Virus record (IMG/VR): IMGVR_UViG_3300001460_000016
Coordinates: 1-64,000 of that record
Origin: a virus
Length of the DNA stretch: 64,000 bases
Reading direction: 5' to 3' (one strand)
The translations under genes were made by a program, and so were the position numbers. Under the pieces are notes generated by a model. The model saw nothing but the letters and a program-made list of their open reading frames with translations, was not told where the DNA came from and did no database searches. This document shows positions 29,855 to 39,187 of this stretch, piece after piece (the first letter of the stretch is position 1; each line of letters starts with the position of its first letter).

Positions 29855-31339
29855 CTATAGTTTTATCTTAATCGTCTTAAAAATAAATTCTTCTATCTTA
29901 TATAGTTTGATTCGCTCGAAGAAATGACGAAGAGTATGATTCATTTTCTTTTTCCACTGAAGATTATCTCCGATATCAAATAGTTTGGCAATTGACTTAC
30001 TCTCATGCTTTCGTAATTGTCTTCCGATAGATTGAAGAATTCGAATCCGAGACTTGGACGGAGATGCGAAAATAATGTTATGAAGGTTCTTAATATTGAT
30101 ACCAGTTGAGAATGTTCCATAAGAAGCCACGATGACCGCATCCTTTTGTTTCTCGGCGAGGCCACGGACACGTTCACGGTCGTCTGTCTGGACGCCACCA
30201 TGAATCAGAAACACTTTCTTATGTTGGTTCTCTAATTTAATTTTCTCATACAGTTGTTTTCCGTGATTCTCCACAAACTGAAAAAGTACTAATGTGTTAC
30301 CTTTTGTCTTTCCAGCCAAAGTAGAAATAAATTTGTTTCTCTTGTTATTTGTAATGATCCATTTCATTTCTTCTGGATATTTTAAAGTCTTGACTAACTT
30401 CTTGTCTTCGTCACTATAGTCAAGGAGGATGCAATCAATTTCTAATTTAGATAGAATGTCCTTCTCCATTAGTTCTTTCGTGGTAGTAACATCCTTCACT
30501 GGACCAAACAGTCCTTCAATAACTAACTTATGAGTAAGAGCCCCATCGAGTGTACCTGTAGTTCCAATTCTATATTTGGCGTTCTTTAGTTTCGACATGA
30601 TAGAAGTCAACGACTTGGCTTTGAACAAGTGACATTCATCACCAAAGGCAATTTCAAAGTCTTCGAAGTATTTTGCCGGTAATTTGTACAAACTCTGCCA
30701 TGTGGAAATAACGATCTTTTTATCGGTGTTTTTATCTTGTCCTGCATAAATCTTATGACAGTTCTCTTCTACATTCCACCCGTTCATCTTGGAGTAATCC
30801 TCGAAGTCTGAATACATTTGAGAAACCAAACCAGTAGTAGGTACGATGATCAAAGTCTTCTTGTTCGTTTTTTCTATTAGATGACGAAGAAGACCGTAGA
30901 TGATCAGACTCTTTCCTGATCCAGTAGGAGATAACAACAAACATCTTTCATGTTTAATTGCATGAGAAATGGCTCGTATCTGATGATCATGTGGTATGAT
31001 TAGTTTACCACCCGCAGATATTTTTAAGGTATCTGTTAGGTATCGTTTGACTAAATCATCACTGACTTTATTATGTGGTGTATCAAAAGTTACCTGATAA
31101 GTGTAACCTCTTTCTTTGGCGAAAGTAGTTACATAGTCGAGTAACCCAGAGTGAATCTCTTGGGAGAACATGTTGTAGAGTTTTATAGTACCATCCCATA
31201 CCTTATTGCGGTAGGCAGGCATAAATTTATGGCCGGGTACTTTGAAAGTAAAGAAGTCAGAGAGTTCTTTGGCGAAACTTCGTTCACAACGAACTCTAAT
31301 GTTTACTTCATCAATCTTTTCAATAACTAAGTCACTCAT
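29855..31339 (-). CDS. uvsW: UvsW SF2 helicase
   Basis: FTF.VPG.KFMP.YR...WDG.I, SPTGSGKS, DECH, GTTGT and LQSIGR.LRK. Confidence 0.97.
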   Translation of the reverse strand: MSDLVIEKIDEVNIRVRCERSFAKELSDFFTFKVPGHKFMPAYRNKVWDGTIKLYNMFSQEIHSGLLDYVTTFAKERGYTYQVTFDTPHNKVSDDLVKRYLTDTLKISAGGKLIIPHDHQIRAISHAIKHERCLLLSPTGSGKSLIIYGLLRHLIEKTNKKTLIIVPTTGLVSQMYSDFEDYSKMNGWNVEENCHKIYAGQDKNTDKKIVISTWQSLYKLPAKYFEDFEIAFGDECHLFKAKSLTSIMSKLKNAKYRIGTTGTLDGALTHKLVIEGLFGPVKDVTTTKELMEKDILSKLEIDCILLDYSDEDKKLVKTLKYPEEMKWIITNNKRNKFISTLAGKTKGNTLVLFQFVENHGKQLYEKIKLENQHKKVFLIHGGVQTDDRERVRGLAEKQKDAVIVASYGTFSTGINIKNLHNIIFASPSKSRIRILQSIGRQLRKHESKSIAKLFDIGDNLQWKKKMNHTLRHFFERIKLYKIEEFIFKTIKIKL

Positions 31340-31342
31340 TCT

Positions 31343-31480
31343 CTATTTAGGAGAGAGGTGAAACCATGCCATTATAAGTAAGTAAAAAATTGATGAAATG
31401 TAAAACAGTATCATCATTAATTCTGAAGCAATAAAGTCTAGTATCTTTTCTATTAAGAACCTGATACAAACTTTCTCCAC
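31343..31480 (-). CDS. Possible 45-aa membrane peptide (not in ORF track)
   Basis: GTG 31480 to TAG 31343 encodes MEKVCIRFLIEKILDFIASELMMILFYISSIFYLLIMAWFHLSPK and fills the uvsY-uvsW gap. Confidence 0.4.
   Translation of the reverse strand: MEKVCIRFLIEKILDFIASELMMILFYISSIFYLLIMAWFHLSPK
31344..31351 (-). promoter_or_regulatory. Late promoter CCTAAATA directly before the uvsW ATG
   Basis: Only 4 nt (GAGA) separate it from the ATG at 31339. Confidence 0.55.
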
Positions 31481-31887
31481 TCGATTGCGTTGCGAATTTC
31501 CCAATTTCTCTGACTGATTTCTTTAATTATAGATTCAAGATAGAATACTTTTTCTTCTTGATATGTTATCTTCTGTTTCATCAGAATCATATCGTTATCA
31601 GAATCAAGGTACATGTCGATATCTGACTTCAGAATCTTAAGATTAAAAGGTTCCCACCCCTTTTCTTCAAGATCCTCTTCGGATATCTTACCTGTATAGT
31701 ATTCCCACTTTGATCTTCGTAGGGAAGCAAAGTCAAAACCCATCTTCTTTAGATTGAATCGTTCTTCTTGGAGAAAGTTGAGATACTTATTATGGAGTTG
31801 TGGAATCTTAAGAGACTCCAGATCCAACTGAGTATCATCGACTTTCATATCTCGTTCGGTATGTCGTTTTAAATCTTCAAAGTTCAT
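31453..31887 (-). CDS. uvsY: UvsY recombination mediator
   Basis: D..LD.ESLKIPQLHNKYL, KWEYYTGK and R.WEIRNAIEWRKF. The start is set at ATG 31887 because the longer frame runs through the -10 box. Confidence 0.95.
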   Translation of the reverse strand: MNFEDLKRHTERDMKVDDTQLDLESLKIPQLHNKYLNFLQEERFNLKKMGFDFASLRRSKWEYYTGKISEEDLEEKGWEPFNLKILKSDIDMYLDSDNDMILMKQKITYQEEKVFYLESIIKEISQRNWEIRNAIEWRKFVSGS

Positions 31888-31893
31888 ACTGTA

Positions 31894-31922
31894 ATTATAC
31901 ACCACATAGGCAAGTAAGTCAA
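31894..31922 (-). promoter_or_regulatory. sigma70-type promoter TTGACT-N17-TATAAT of uvsY
   Basis: attata at 31894-31899 and agtcaa at 31917-31922. Shares TGTATAATTACA with the gp55 promoter. Confidence 0.8.
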
Positions 31923-32512
31923 TACACTGTTACCTCATAATCTCGGTATTGTAGAGTGAGGCTACAAGTTACTGGAGAAGCTTCGCCGTCGGAAGCATTT
32001 AGGTCAAGTTCTCCTAGACTGCTTGGGTAGAGATCTTTAAATGTTATGGAAGCCTGTGGTAAAGATTTACTGTTCAGTAAGACTAATGTACCATCGACTT
32101 GGTAATCTGAAGGATCACCGGGTTTAGACAGACCACTGAAAGGATCTTCTGAGTTATATACTCCACTACTTGCAATTTCTGATCTATTTCTTGGTTGTAC
32201 TTTTTCATCATGGATAGTAAAAAATCTCATCCAGTTGTATATCTCCATCCAGTTGCCCATATCTTCATTTACTAAGAATGATAGAGTAAGCGGATCGTAA
32301 TTTAATTTGGGATCAGCAAAGTGAAGAGTAGGGTGTTTACTTAAGACTGGGGTATCTATTACACTAATAGATGGAACAGACGCACTCTGACAGAAATATA
32401 CAACTTCTGGTGCCTTTGTCATCACGAACCTAAATGAAGTTGTCTGTAATAGATTTTCGTTGTCTGGTTGTCGGTCAAGTGCATACTTAACATACTGGTT
32501 ATAACTTGGCAT
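31919..32512 (-). CDS. 3: Tail tube terminator / sheath stabiliser gp3
   Basis: N.LQ...FRF...P.V.YFCQ.A.VP, L.Y..L...FLVNED..NW.EIY.WM and F.D.YP.SL; follows gp23. Confidence 0.88.
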   Translation of the reverse strand: MPSYNQYVKYALDRQPDNENLLQTTSFRFVMTKAPEVVYFCQSASVPSISVIDTPVLSKHPTLHFADPKLNYDPLTLSFLVNEDMGNWMEIYNWMRFFTIHDEKVQPRNRSEIASSGVYNSEDPFSGLSKPGDPSDYQVDGTLVLLNSKSLPQASITFKDLYPSSLGELDLNASDGEASPVTCSLTLQYRDYEVTVY

Positions 32513-32527
32513 AGTGTTTCTCCAATA

Positions 32528-32535
32528 TATTTATA
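32528..32535 (-). promoter_or_regulatory. Late promoter TATAAATA (gp3)
   Basis: Exact T4 late consensus, intergenic. Confidence 0.8.
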
Positions 32536-32538
32536 TAC

Positions 32539-32573
32539 AAAAAGAAACAGGGGAGACCGAAGTCTCCCCTGTT
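32539..32573 (-). terminator. Rho-independent terminator after gp23 with a C(UUCG)G tetraloop
   Basis: AACAGGGGAGAC-TTCG-GTCTCCCCTGTT followed by TCTTTTT on the minus strand. Confidence 0.92.
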
Positions 32574-32609
32574 CCTAGTGTCGGATCAAGTCCGAGTTTT
32601 AGTTATCTA

Positions 32610-34055
32610 TCACTGAGTTGCACCACTACCAGAGTTGATACCGTGAAGGTTATCAATTCTGAAGATACGGTAGTACTGGTTGAGGCGAGCACCGAGGTTC
32701 TCACCGTCGGCACCACCGGCCGTACCGGGAACGAATGGGTTAGAGACAAGACCGTAACGGGTCTTGAATCCGATCTTGGGCTGGAAGGTATTCTCACCAA
32801 CCGCACGAACCATCTGTAGTGGAACGTATGGGCAGTAGAAGAGTCCGGCGTCATACTGACTGGAACCCTTATAACCTACGACGCAGTAGTTGAAGTCGGC
32901 GTATGGGTCAATGTAGACCTTTAGGCGACCGTTGAGTGTACCGACAAAGGTGTTGCCTGTGTCGTCAACTTGGAGACTTCCGCCACCCATTGGGGTTGAC
33001 TGAAGTGATCCACTGAGTGCGAGTGCAGCAGCGACATCTGAAGAACAGATGACGATGTTACCCTTACCGCGTCGAGTTTGTCGTGCGACAAGGTTGGCTT
33101 CACGTTCGATTTGGAAGAGCAGACCACGGAAGCGTTCTGCGGACCATCGACCGTCTGAGTCGGAGAGGATATTGTAGACACCACCGATACCGCCGGCGAC
33201 ACCGAAGGATACTCCAGCAGCGGCCTTACCGTGGAGGTCAAGTTGCTGACAACCAAGTTTGGAAACCTTGAGAATGGTACGAACAACTTCTCGGTTGATT
33301 TCCGCGAGGATTTCAGTTGAGAGGATGTTAGCGAGTTCGGTCTCGGCATCAAGTCCGTGAACAGCACGGAGGTCTTGAGCGAGTTCAGTTGAGTATTCGG
33401 CCTTGAGGGCACGAGTCTTCGCCTGAACTGCGGTTCTCTCGATGGAGAATGCCATTTGCTGGAATGCACTGGCACCAGATCCGTCGAGTGCTTCAGCATT
33501 CGGAGTGGTGAGTCCACCGCTAACGAACCCGGTGATTGGATCACCCTGTGATGCTCCGGGCGCTGTTCCATCCAAGAAGACACTATCACTTGAGAGTGCT
33601 GGATCACCAGTTGTTAAACCACCAGCGTTTGTGGCGTAACCTGTACGAGCTTCGTCGAAGAGTGCTTCGTCACCACGAGCATCAGCTGCGGAAACGTAGT
33701 TGCTCTTCATTGCAAAGATAAGTCCGGTAGGACCAGTCATTGGCTGGACACCGCAGATATCATAAGCAATTAGGTTTGGCATGGAACGACGAACCAGTGA
33801 GATAAGCACTGGGTCGAAGGACTGAACATTCCCTTGACTGTGTGCGTTGTTACCAATACCATTAACCATACCAAGCTGCATACCGCTGTTTGGAACGGCT
33901 TCAGAGAGGTACTGTTCTTGGTTCTCAAGAAGAACGGCTGTGACATTCTTCTTGTATGAATCGGTAATTGTTGGCAGTTCTGGATGTTCCAGAATTGGTT
34001 GCCATTTTGATTTTACTTGCTCAGCGAGCGAAGCAGTTTGATCGTAGTTAGACAT
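32610..34055 (-). CDS. 23: Major capsid protein gp23
   Basis: TAVLLENQE, FDPVLISLVRRSMPNL, GVQPMTGPTGLIFAM, RALKAEYS.ELAQDL.AVHGLDAE.EL, YCPYVPL and FQPKIGFKTRYG. Confidence 0.99.
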   Translation of the reverse strand: MSNYDQTASLAEQVKSKWQPILEHPELPTITDSYKKNVTAVLLENQEQYLSEAVPNSGMQLGMVNGIGNNAHSQGNVQSFDPVLISLVRRSMPNLIAYDICGVQPMTGPTGLIFAMKSNYVSAADARGDEALFDEARTGYATNAGGLTTGDPALSSDSVFLDGTAPGASQGDPITGFVSGGLTTPNAEALDGSGASAFQQMAFSIERTAVQAKTRALKAEYSTELAQDLRAVHGLDAETELANILSTEILAEINREVVRTILKVSKLGCQQLDLHGKAAAGVSFGVAGGIGGVYNILSDSDGRWSAERFRGLLFQIEREANLVARQTRRGKGNIVICSSDVAAALALSGSLQSTPMGGGSLQVDDTGNTFVGTLNGRLKVYIDPYADFNYCVVGYKGSSQYDAGLFYCPYVPLQMVRAVGENTFQPKIGFKTRYGLVSNPFVPGTAGGADGENLGARLNQYYRIFRIDNLHGINSGSGATQ

Positions 34056-34078
34056 CTAAAATCTCCTTTTGATTTAGA

Positions 34079-35215
34079 TTATTTTCTTGTTTGACGTGAA
34101 ATTGCTTGGGCGTAGTAACTCATTGGACCAGTTGTTTCCTGAATGGAAGTTGGTTCCTCTGAATCTGATTCTTCTGTGATAAAGGTAACTTCATCCGAAG
34201 CGTTTGACTTGGTGAAGTAACCTTCTTTAAGAACTGCGAGTTTATCTGCGAATTGTTCGGCGTTATCAAAGTCAATGCCTTCTGCGAGTGAACGAAGTTT
34301 TTCGACATCAGTGTCTACTAGATCTTCGGTCATTTCGGTAAAGACACCTTCGACGTGAAGGCCTTCCATTTCGTTTCTCATTTCCATGTTTCGTTCAATC
34401 TCTTCGTTGAGTTTGGCGGTGAGGTCTTCGAGTTCCTCGGCCATACCTTCAACGACATCGAATTTCTCTTCAGGAATATCAATGTAGTGATTGGCGAATA
34501 CACCGCGAAGATCTTCCATGAATGACTCAGCGACTTCAGCACGAATGCCTCGTTCGACTGCGAGTTCATTATCCTTCATCCAGTTCTCAACGACATATCC
34601 TAGATAGTCATCAAGTTCTTTAGTAAGGTTTTCTTCAATCTCTGCGGCTGTTTCCATAAGTCGTTCGTTGTAGTTCTCTTCGAGAGCTTCAGCGTATGTT
34701 CCTAATGAATCATTAATAGCAGCTTCGAAGATTACAGTTGCCTTCTCCTTGAAGTCTTCTGTTAGTTCTTCGCCTGCGAAAAGAGCATCCATGTGTTCTT
34801 TCATATGAGGCTTCTCGATTTTGGGAGAAGCAGCAGATGATTTAGCACTGATTGATTTCTTGTTTGTTTTATCTTTGCCCTCAGTTCCGGCCTCAGTACC
34901 AATGACTGGACCCTTACCTGTGGCATCGAATGCGGACTTACCGGTGGCGTCTTTCTCGACAGCGGCGCCTTTTTCTCCGGCCATTGATGGTTTCTTAGGC
35001 TTCATTTCGGGTGACTCCTCTTCTAAGTTGTCTTGATCCTCTTCGTCCTCGTCGAATTCCTCATAATCATTATCTTCGAGAGTGATAAATTCATCATTCT
35101 CGTCTTCTTCGATCGCAAGGCCTTCGACCAGTTCCGAAGCTTCGTCTTCTTTACGGTGTTTCTCGGCAAGAATGTTTCTTGCTGCCTCGATTGGGCTTAG
35201 GCTATCTGAACTCAT
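34079..35215 (-). CDS. 22: Prohead scaffolding (core) protein gp22
   Basis: L.EDFK.KA.VIFEAA, YL.YVVE.WM.DN.LAVE.G, L..VF..HYID.P and M..YA.AI. Confidence 0.95.
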   Translation of the reverse strand: MSSDSLSPIEAARNILAEKHRKEDEASELVEGLAIEEDENDEFITLEDNDYEEFDEDEEDQDNLEEESPEMKPKKPSMAGEKGAAVEKDATGKSAFDATGKGPVIGTEAGTEGKDKTNKKSISAKSSAASPKIEKPHMKEHMDALFAGEELTEDFKEKATVIFEAAINDSLGTYAEALEENYNERLMETAAEIEENLTKELDDYLGYVVENWMKDNELAVERGIRAEVAESFMEDLRGVFANHYIDIPEEKFDVVEGMAEELEDLTAKLNEEIERNMEMRNEMEGLHVEGVFTEMTEDLVDTDVEKLRSLAEGIDFDNAEQFADKLAVLKEGYFTKSNASDEVTFITEESDSEEPTSIQETTGPMSYYAQAISRQTRK

Positions 35216-35248
35216 TTAAGGACTCCTTTTGTTACCTTACAGTAGTAG

Positions 35249-35256
35249 TATTTAGT
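35249..35256 (-). promoter_or_regulatory. Late promoter ACTAAATA (gp22-gp23)
   Basis: Intergenic; same 15-mer context as the gp18 promoter. Confidence 0.7.
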
Positions 35257-35260
35257 AAAA

Positions 35261-35905
35261 TCATAATTTTGAAAGGAAATCTCGGAACATAATAAGTTTC
35301 TGTTCTTCGAGATTCTTTCGTTCAGCTTTGGTTATTGTTTTTCTATAGGTTTCGATTTCTCGTTCTTTGAGCATACCGTTATTCCATACCCATTCCTTAC
35401 CTTCCATGATACCGTTTACAAAGGCATCAGGGGCAGATGGATCTGCAACAACGTCAACTGCGGTTAACATGAAGTCTTCCTTAACCATCTTGACTCCATT
35501 TTTCTCTTCAAGTGTTCCCATACCTCTTGTGGATACGCCAAGTTTTACCCCATCATCGATGAGACTCTTGACGATTTTTCCATAGGGTGTGTCGAGAATT
35601 TTTGCTTTACCCATTACGTTGTCACCGTCGAAAGTCATTTCAACGATATTGTGACATACACGTTCGAGGTTTAGTGATGGTCCGTCTGGGTGTCCCAGTT
35701 CTCCCATTGCTCTACTCTTTTGAACGTATTCTTTGTTGTAACGGTCAGCTTCGTTGAAGAGAATTTTTCTCTCATACATTCTACCGTTACGGTTTACTTT
35801 CTCTGACTGCATAAAGATACCTTCGATGAAATAATTCTTCTTTCCATCTTCGGTGGCTTCAGTGAGACATTGAATGTCATCGGTTTGTTCTGTTATTAGA
35901 AGCAT
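35261..35905 (-). CDS. 21: Prohead protease gp21
   Basis: IEGIFMQ...NRNGR.Y, GELGHP, GVSTRGMG and DVVADPSAPDAFV.GIME. Confidence 0.97.
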   Translation of the reverse strand: MLLITEQTDDIQCLTEATEDGKKNYFIEGIFMQSEKVNRNGRMYERKILFNEADRYNKEYVQKSRAMGELGHPDGPSLNLERVCHNIVEMTFDGDNVMGKAKILDTPYGKIVKSLIDDGVKLGVSTRGMGTLEEKNGVKMVKEDFMLTAVDVVADPSAPDAFVNGIMEGKEWVWNNGMLKEREIETYRKTITKAERKNLEEQKLIMFRDFLSKL

Positions 35906-35928
35906 AGTTCTTCTTTCTTGATGTTATG

Positions 35929-36342
35929 TCAGCGGGACTTCATCTTGTTAGCGATTGTTTTTCTTCGGTTCTTAAGATAACTGTCTGATGAATCTACATC
36001 ACCGTCGTTGTCAACATCTTTGTCTTCTTTGCCAACTGCATCTAGACCTTCTTTAACTTTCTTTTTTGTCTTTACTTCCTCGTCTTCGTCTTCGTCCTCT
36101 TCCTCGTCTTCTTCTTCGTCTTTGTCTGCAAAGGACTGACCGGTTTCATCGGTCTCAAGTTCCTTTTCAAGATCTTCTTCTTTATCTTTCTTTTTCTCAT
36201 CGAGAATAGCAGAAGCAATTTCTTCTCTTGCAATCTCAAGTCGATCGGCAAGTTTACTCATGAGAGTATCCTCGATAGCTTGCTTTACTTCTGATGGGTT
36301 TTCTTCGATTAACCCTTCAATAATTTTGTTAACGTGTGACAT
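35929..36342 (-). CDS. Acidic prohead-core-like protein (gp67/gp68 position)
   Basis: Position before gp21, helical N-terminus, poly-D/E tract and C-terminal [19 protein letters not shown]. Confidence 0.6.
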   Translation of the reverse strand: MSHVNKIIEGLIEENPSEVKQAIEDTLMSKLADRLEIAREEIASAILDEKKKDKEEDLEKELETDETGQSFADKDEEEDEEEDEDEDEEVKTKKKVKEGLDAVGKEDKDVDNDGDVDSSDSYLKNRRKTIANKMKSR

Positions 36343-36367
36343 TTTAAGTCTCCTTAGAGTTCTTGTA

Positions 36368-36375
36368 TATTTATA
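36368..36375 (-). promoter_or_regulatory. Late promoter TATAAATA
   Basis: Exact consensus upstream of the head-assembly genes. Confidence 0.8.
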
Positions 36376-36386
36376 AAAACGTGTTT

Positions 36387-37754
36387 TTATCCAGCAGATG
36401 GTGGATATAATGTACCGCCGAAGTCTGTTTGGTAATCTTCTGGTAATCCTCCATCAGATTCTTGTCCACAAGAAGAAGATGTTCTTGTTTGACAATCAGT
36501 AGCAGGTGAATATTTGGGCCCGCCGAATGGAAGTCCTATAGGTACGGGTGTTGGTATGTTATATTTACCACCAAATCCTTCGTCTCGCAATTCTATTTTA
36601 CTCCAAGAATAAGTTATGCGTGGAACTTTAATACACTCGGAAAAATGTGTACCTTGTGGGCATGTTAAAATACCATAACACGCATATTGATAATAGGTTG
36701 TGCTTCCACTTTGACATCCGTTTGTGGTAGTCTCCGGTAAAAGATCTTCCAACGGTTCGCAAATAAATCCTTCTCCATAACCACATCCAAGTAAACATGG
36801 TATTCCACCGTATGAAATTGAAGAAGCTTGGTCTTGCGGACATGAATCAAATGCTCCGGGAACCTCGGGATCCTCTGATGTAATATTTTCAGTATGTTGT
36901 AGTCCAGAACCTAAATTTCCGGGAATGAACGAACTTGTTTCAAAATCTAGGAAAGCTGTTGTACCATCACTTGCTGTAAATTTCATTCGTCCATCATCTT
37001 CAAGTCCGTCACTTGGTGACCAACATGCTCTTACAGTTTTAGTTTCACATGTTTTAAATTCCACACTAGGTTCTCTTCTAGGTATTGAACATGGACAGTA
37101 ACAATATTCATTTGGATTGTAATCATTATCACAATCACAATCACATGTCGGACAAGTACAACCATTAAATCCTGCACACGAATCTGGAAGTTGAGATTCT
37201 GGCGGAGCACATTGCCTTACAATAAAACCTGACTTATATGAAGTAATTTCTATGCAGTGTTCTACATTTCCGCAAAAGCAACACTCTTCACTACAAGAAT
37301 CTCCAAGCCGACCATAACGAGTTATGTTTGACGGACAAGTATCTTCTTCTTCTTCTTGTTCACCCTCATCTTCAAATCCCGGTATTGGAATAACAGGAGG
37401 TCTAGGAATTGGTGGTAGGGGAGGTGGGATAATTGGCGGCGGAAGAAAAATGGGAGTTCTTACCGGAGGTGAATTAATAGTAATAGGACCGGAATCAATG
37501 TCACATAAATCCTGACCACAACATTGGTCTATACCTCTACCATCTAAACATGGAGTACACGGTTCTGGCATAAAATATTTACTATTATAGTCATCATAGA
37601 AGTAATGGTTTTTCTTATCTCTAATAGTTAAATCTAAAACTATTTCATCTCTTCTACGAGAAAGACTTAACGAATTTCCGCCCGTTAGAAGAACACTTTC
37701 AGTTGGTTTTATAATCTTTATATAACCAGTTATTTTTTGATTACTACCTTCCAT
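36387..37754 (-). CDS. Cysteine-rich hypothetical protein with a poly-Pro linker
   Basis: About 33 Cys in 455 aa by manual count; [16 protein letters not shown] tract followed by an acidic run. Confidence 0.7.
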   Translation of the reverse strand: MEGSNQKITGYIKIIKPTESVLLTGGNSLSLSRRRDEIVLDLTIRDKKNHYFYDDYNSKYFMPEPCTPCLDGRGIDQCCGQDLCDIDSGPITINSPPVRTPIFLPPPIIPPPLPPIPRPPVIPIPGFEDEGEQEEEEDTCPSNITRYGRLGDSCSEECCFCGNVEHCIEITSYKSGFIVRQCAPPESQLPDSCAGFNGCTCPTCDCDCDNDYNPNEYCYCPCSIPRREPSVEFKTCETKTVRACWSPSDGLEDDGRMKFTASDGTTAFLDFETSSFIPGNLGSGLQHTENITSEDPEVPGAFDSCPQDQASSISYGGIPCLLGCGYGEGFICEPLEDLLPETTTNGCQSGSTTYYQYACYGILTCPQGTHFSECIKVPRITYSWSKIELRDEGFGGKYNIPTPVPIGLPFGGPKYSPATDCQTRTSSSCGQESDGGLPEDYQTDFGGTLYPPSAG

Positions 37755-37759
37755 AATTA

Positions 37760-38677
37760 TTATCCAATACTTATCGGGTTGGTTTGACCGGTTATATCAC
37801 ATGGATCAGCAAAAATTGTTACGTTTATTCTACCCTTTGGTAATTCAAACATTGATTCGTCTATTTCATATCTTTTATTGGTTTCTAAGTAAGAAGTTTG
37901 TTGTTCAATATATCTAGAAAGAATAAGAGAATTCATTTTAGGAATTTGAACAAACCAACCCCCATCATTGACAATTGCACTATAGTCCATTGTGTTTAGT
38001 CCATGTCGTATTTCTAGATAATATCTAGATCCAGATAACCACCACTGACCCTTATATCCAAATCTGGCGATATTTAAACCTTCATCGTTTCGCTGATCTG
38101 GTACAATTAAAGGTTGAAATATTGTGGCAGATGGACAAGAACCAGAATTATCCATACCTCTCGACCAGTGAACATCAATTATTGCATCATATGTTGGATT
38201 GAAGTCTGTAGTTTGTGTAAGAGAAAACGATATAGCAGAAACTACTTGGACATTATTACCAGTTCCACTGGCAGAATATTTTTTTGTTCCAAAATCTGTA
38301 TTAAGAATATTAGTACCATTAATATAATCACCGTTCGGATCTCTATTTAAAAATTGATCATCATGTAAAACTGGTGATCTAAATTGATTAAAGAATTTTT
38401 GTTTCCCTACAGGTGTGTTGCATTCCTGAATGGGAATTTGTAATCCGCTGAGGTCAATAGAGAAAAAAGGTCTTCTAGATGGATCTTGTTTAAATCCAGA
38501 AAGACATTGATTGGTTCCCATACCAACACTAATAGCTCCACTGGGAACTGCTGGATTTGATGTTTCCGGTAAAAATTCATCATCAATTTTATTTACAGAA
38601 ACTCTGTACAAATTGATAAAACTACCACCAAAATTTGCTACTTTAAATCCAGTGGTGCTTAGTACCCTCAGTGGCAT
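37760..38677 (-). CDS. Hypothetical protein
   Basis: 305-aa ORF tightly packed in the late region, with GGAGG SD. Confidence 0.7.
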   Translation of the reverse strand: MPLRVLSTTGFKVANFGGSFINLYRVSVNKIDDEFLPETSNPAVPSGAISVGMGTNQCLSGFKQDPSRRPFFSIDLSGLQIPIQECNTPVGKQKFFNQFRSPVLHDDQFLNRDPNGDYINGTNILNTDFGTKKYSASGTGNNVQVVSAISFSLTQTTDFNPTYDAIIDVHWSRGMDNSGSCPSATIFQPLIVPDQRNDEGLNIARFGYKGQWWLSGSRYYLEIRHGLNTMDYSAIVNDGGWFVQIPKMNSLILSRYIEQQTSYLETNKRYEIDESMFELPKGRINVTIFADPCDITGQTNPISIG

Positions 38678-38680
38678 AAA

Positions 38681-39184
38681 TTAACCTCCGAAATTTGGAT
38701 CTGTTATGGTGGGAGATATAATGAATTTACCGGATATTAGTTTTTCTGCGAGAGCATCACCCGTGGTTCCACTTGATATTCCTCGATCATCGTATAGAAA
38801 AAGATCAAACATTGATGATCCAGATGCAAGTTGTGTGGATATTTCTTTAGAAAAAGATAGTGAAATTTGACCGGTTACTCCACTACTAGTGGCACCTTCT
38901 CCTGTATCACTATAGACGTACTCACCGTTTAAAGAAATATGTCCGGCGGTGGCACCCTTATTTGGTGATATAGATCCTGTTACACCATATGTGTTTGTAG
39001 TTGAAAATCGTAACTTTAGTGTATCATTGTTAGTATCGAGTTCGTATCTTTGTCCTCTAACATCCATCCTTGCCCAATAACCATAACTAAGATCAATAGG
39101 AACACCTGAATCATCATAATAGTTTATGTTGAGGACAAAGTTGGTTCCCTGTTCGTGTGAAATGTCGTAATTTGCTGAAGCCAT
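38681..39184 (-). CDS. Small beta-sandwich virion protein, paralog of 3403..3852
   Basis: YDISHEQGTNF...PIDL..YWARMDVR...FDLFL...KLISGKFIISPTIT aligns by eye with 3403..3852. Confidence 0.6.
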   Translation of the reverse strand: MASANYDISHEQGTNFVLNINYYDDSGVPIDLSYGYWARMDVRGQRYELDTNNDTLKLRFSTTNTYGVTGSISPNKGATAGHISLNGEYVYSDTGEGATSSGVTGQISLSFSKEISTQLASGSSMFDLFLYDDRGISSGTTGDALAEKLISGKFIISPTITDPNFGG

Positions 39185-39187
39185 TTA

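Noticed and set aside
31350-31377. Plus-strand GGAGAGAGGTG followed by ATG CCA TTA TAA
   Set aside because: Only three codons. It is better explained as the complement of the minus-strand pyrimidine arm near the uvsW start.
32921-33607. 228-aa alternative-frame ORF inside gp23
   Set aside because: A shadow of strong codon bias with Ser/Leu/Val/Pro-rich composition and no motifs. The same applies to 42587..42970 in gp18.
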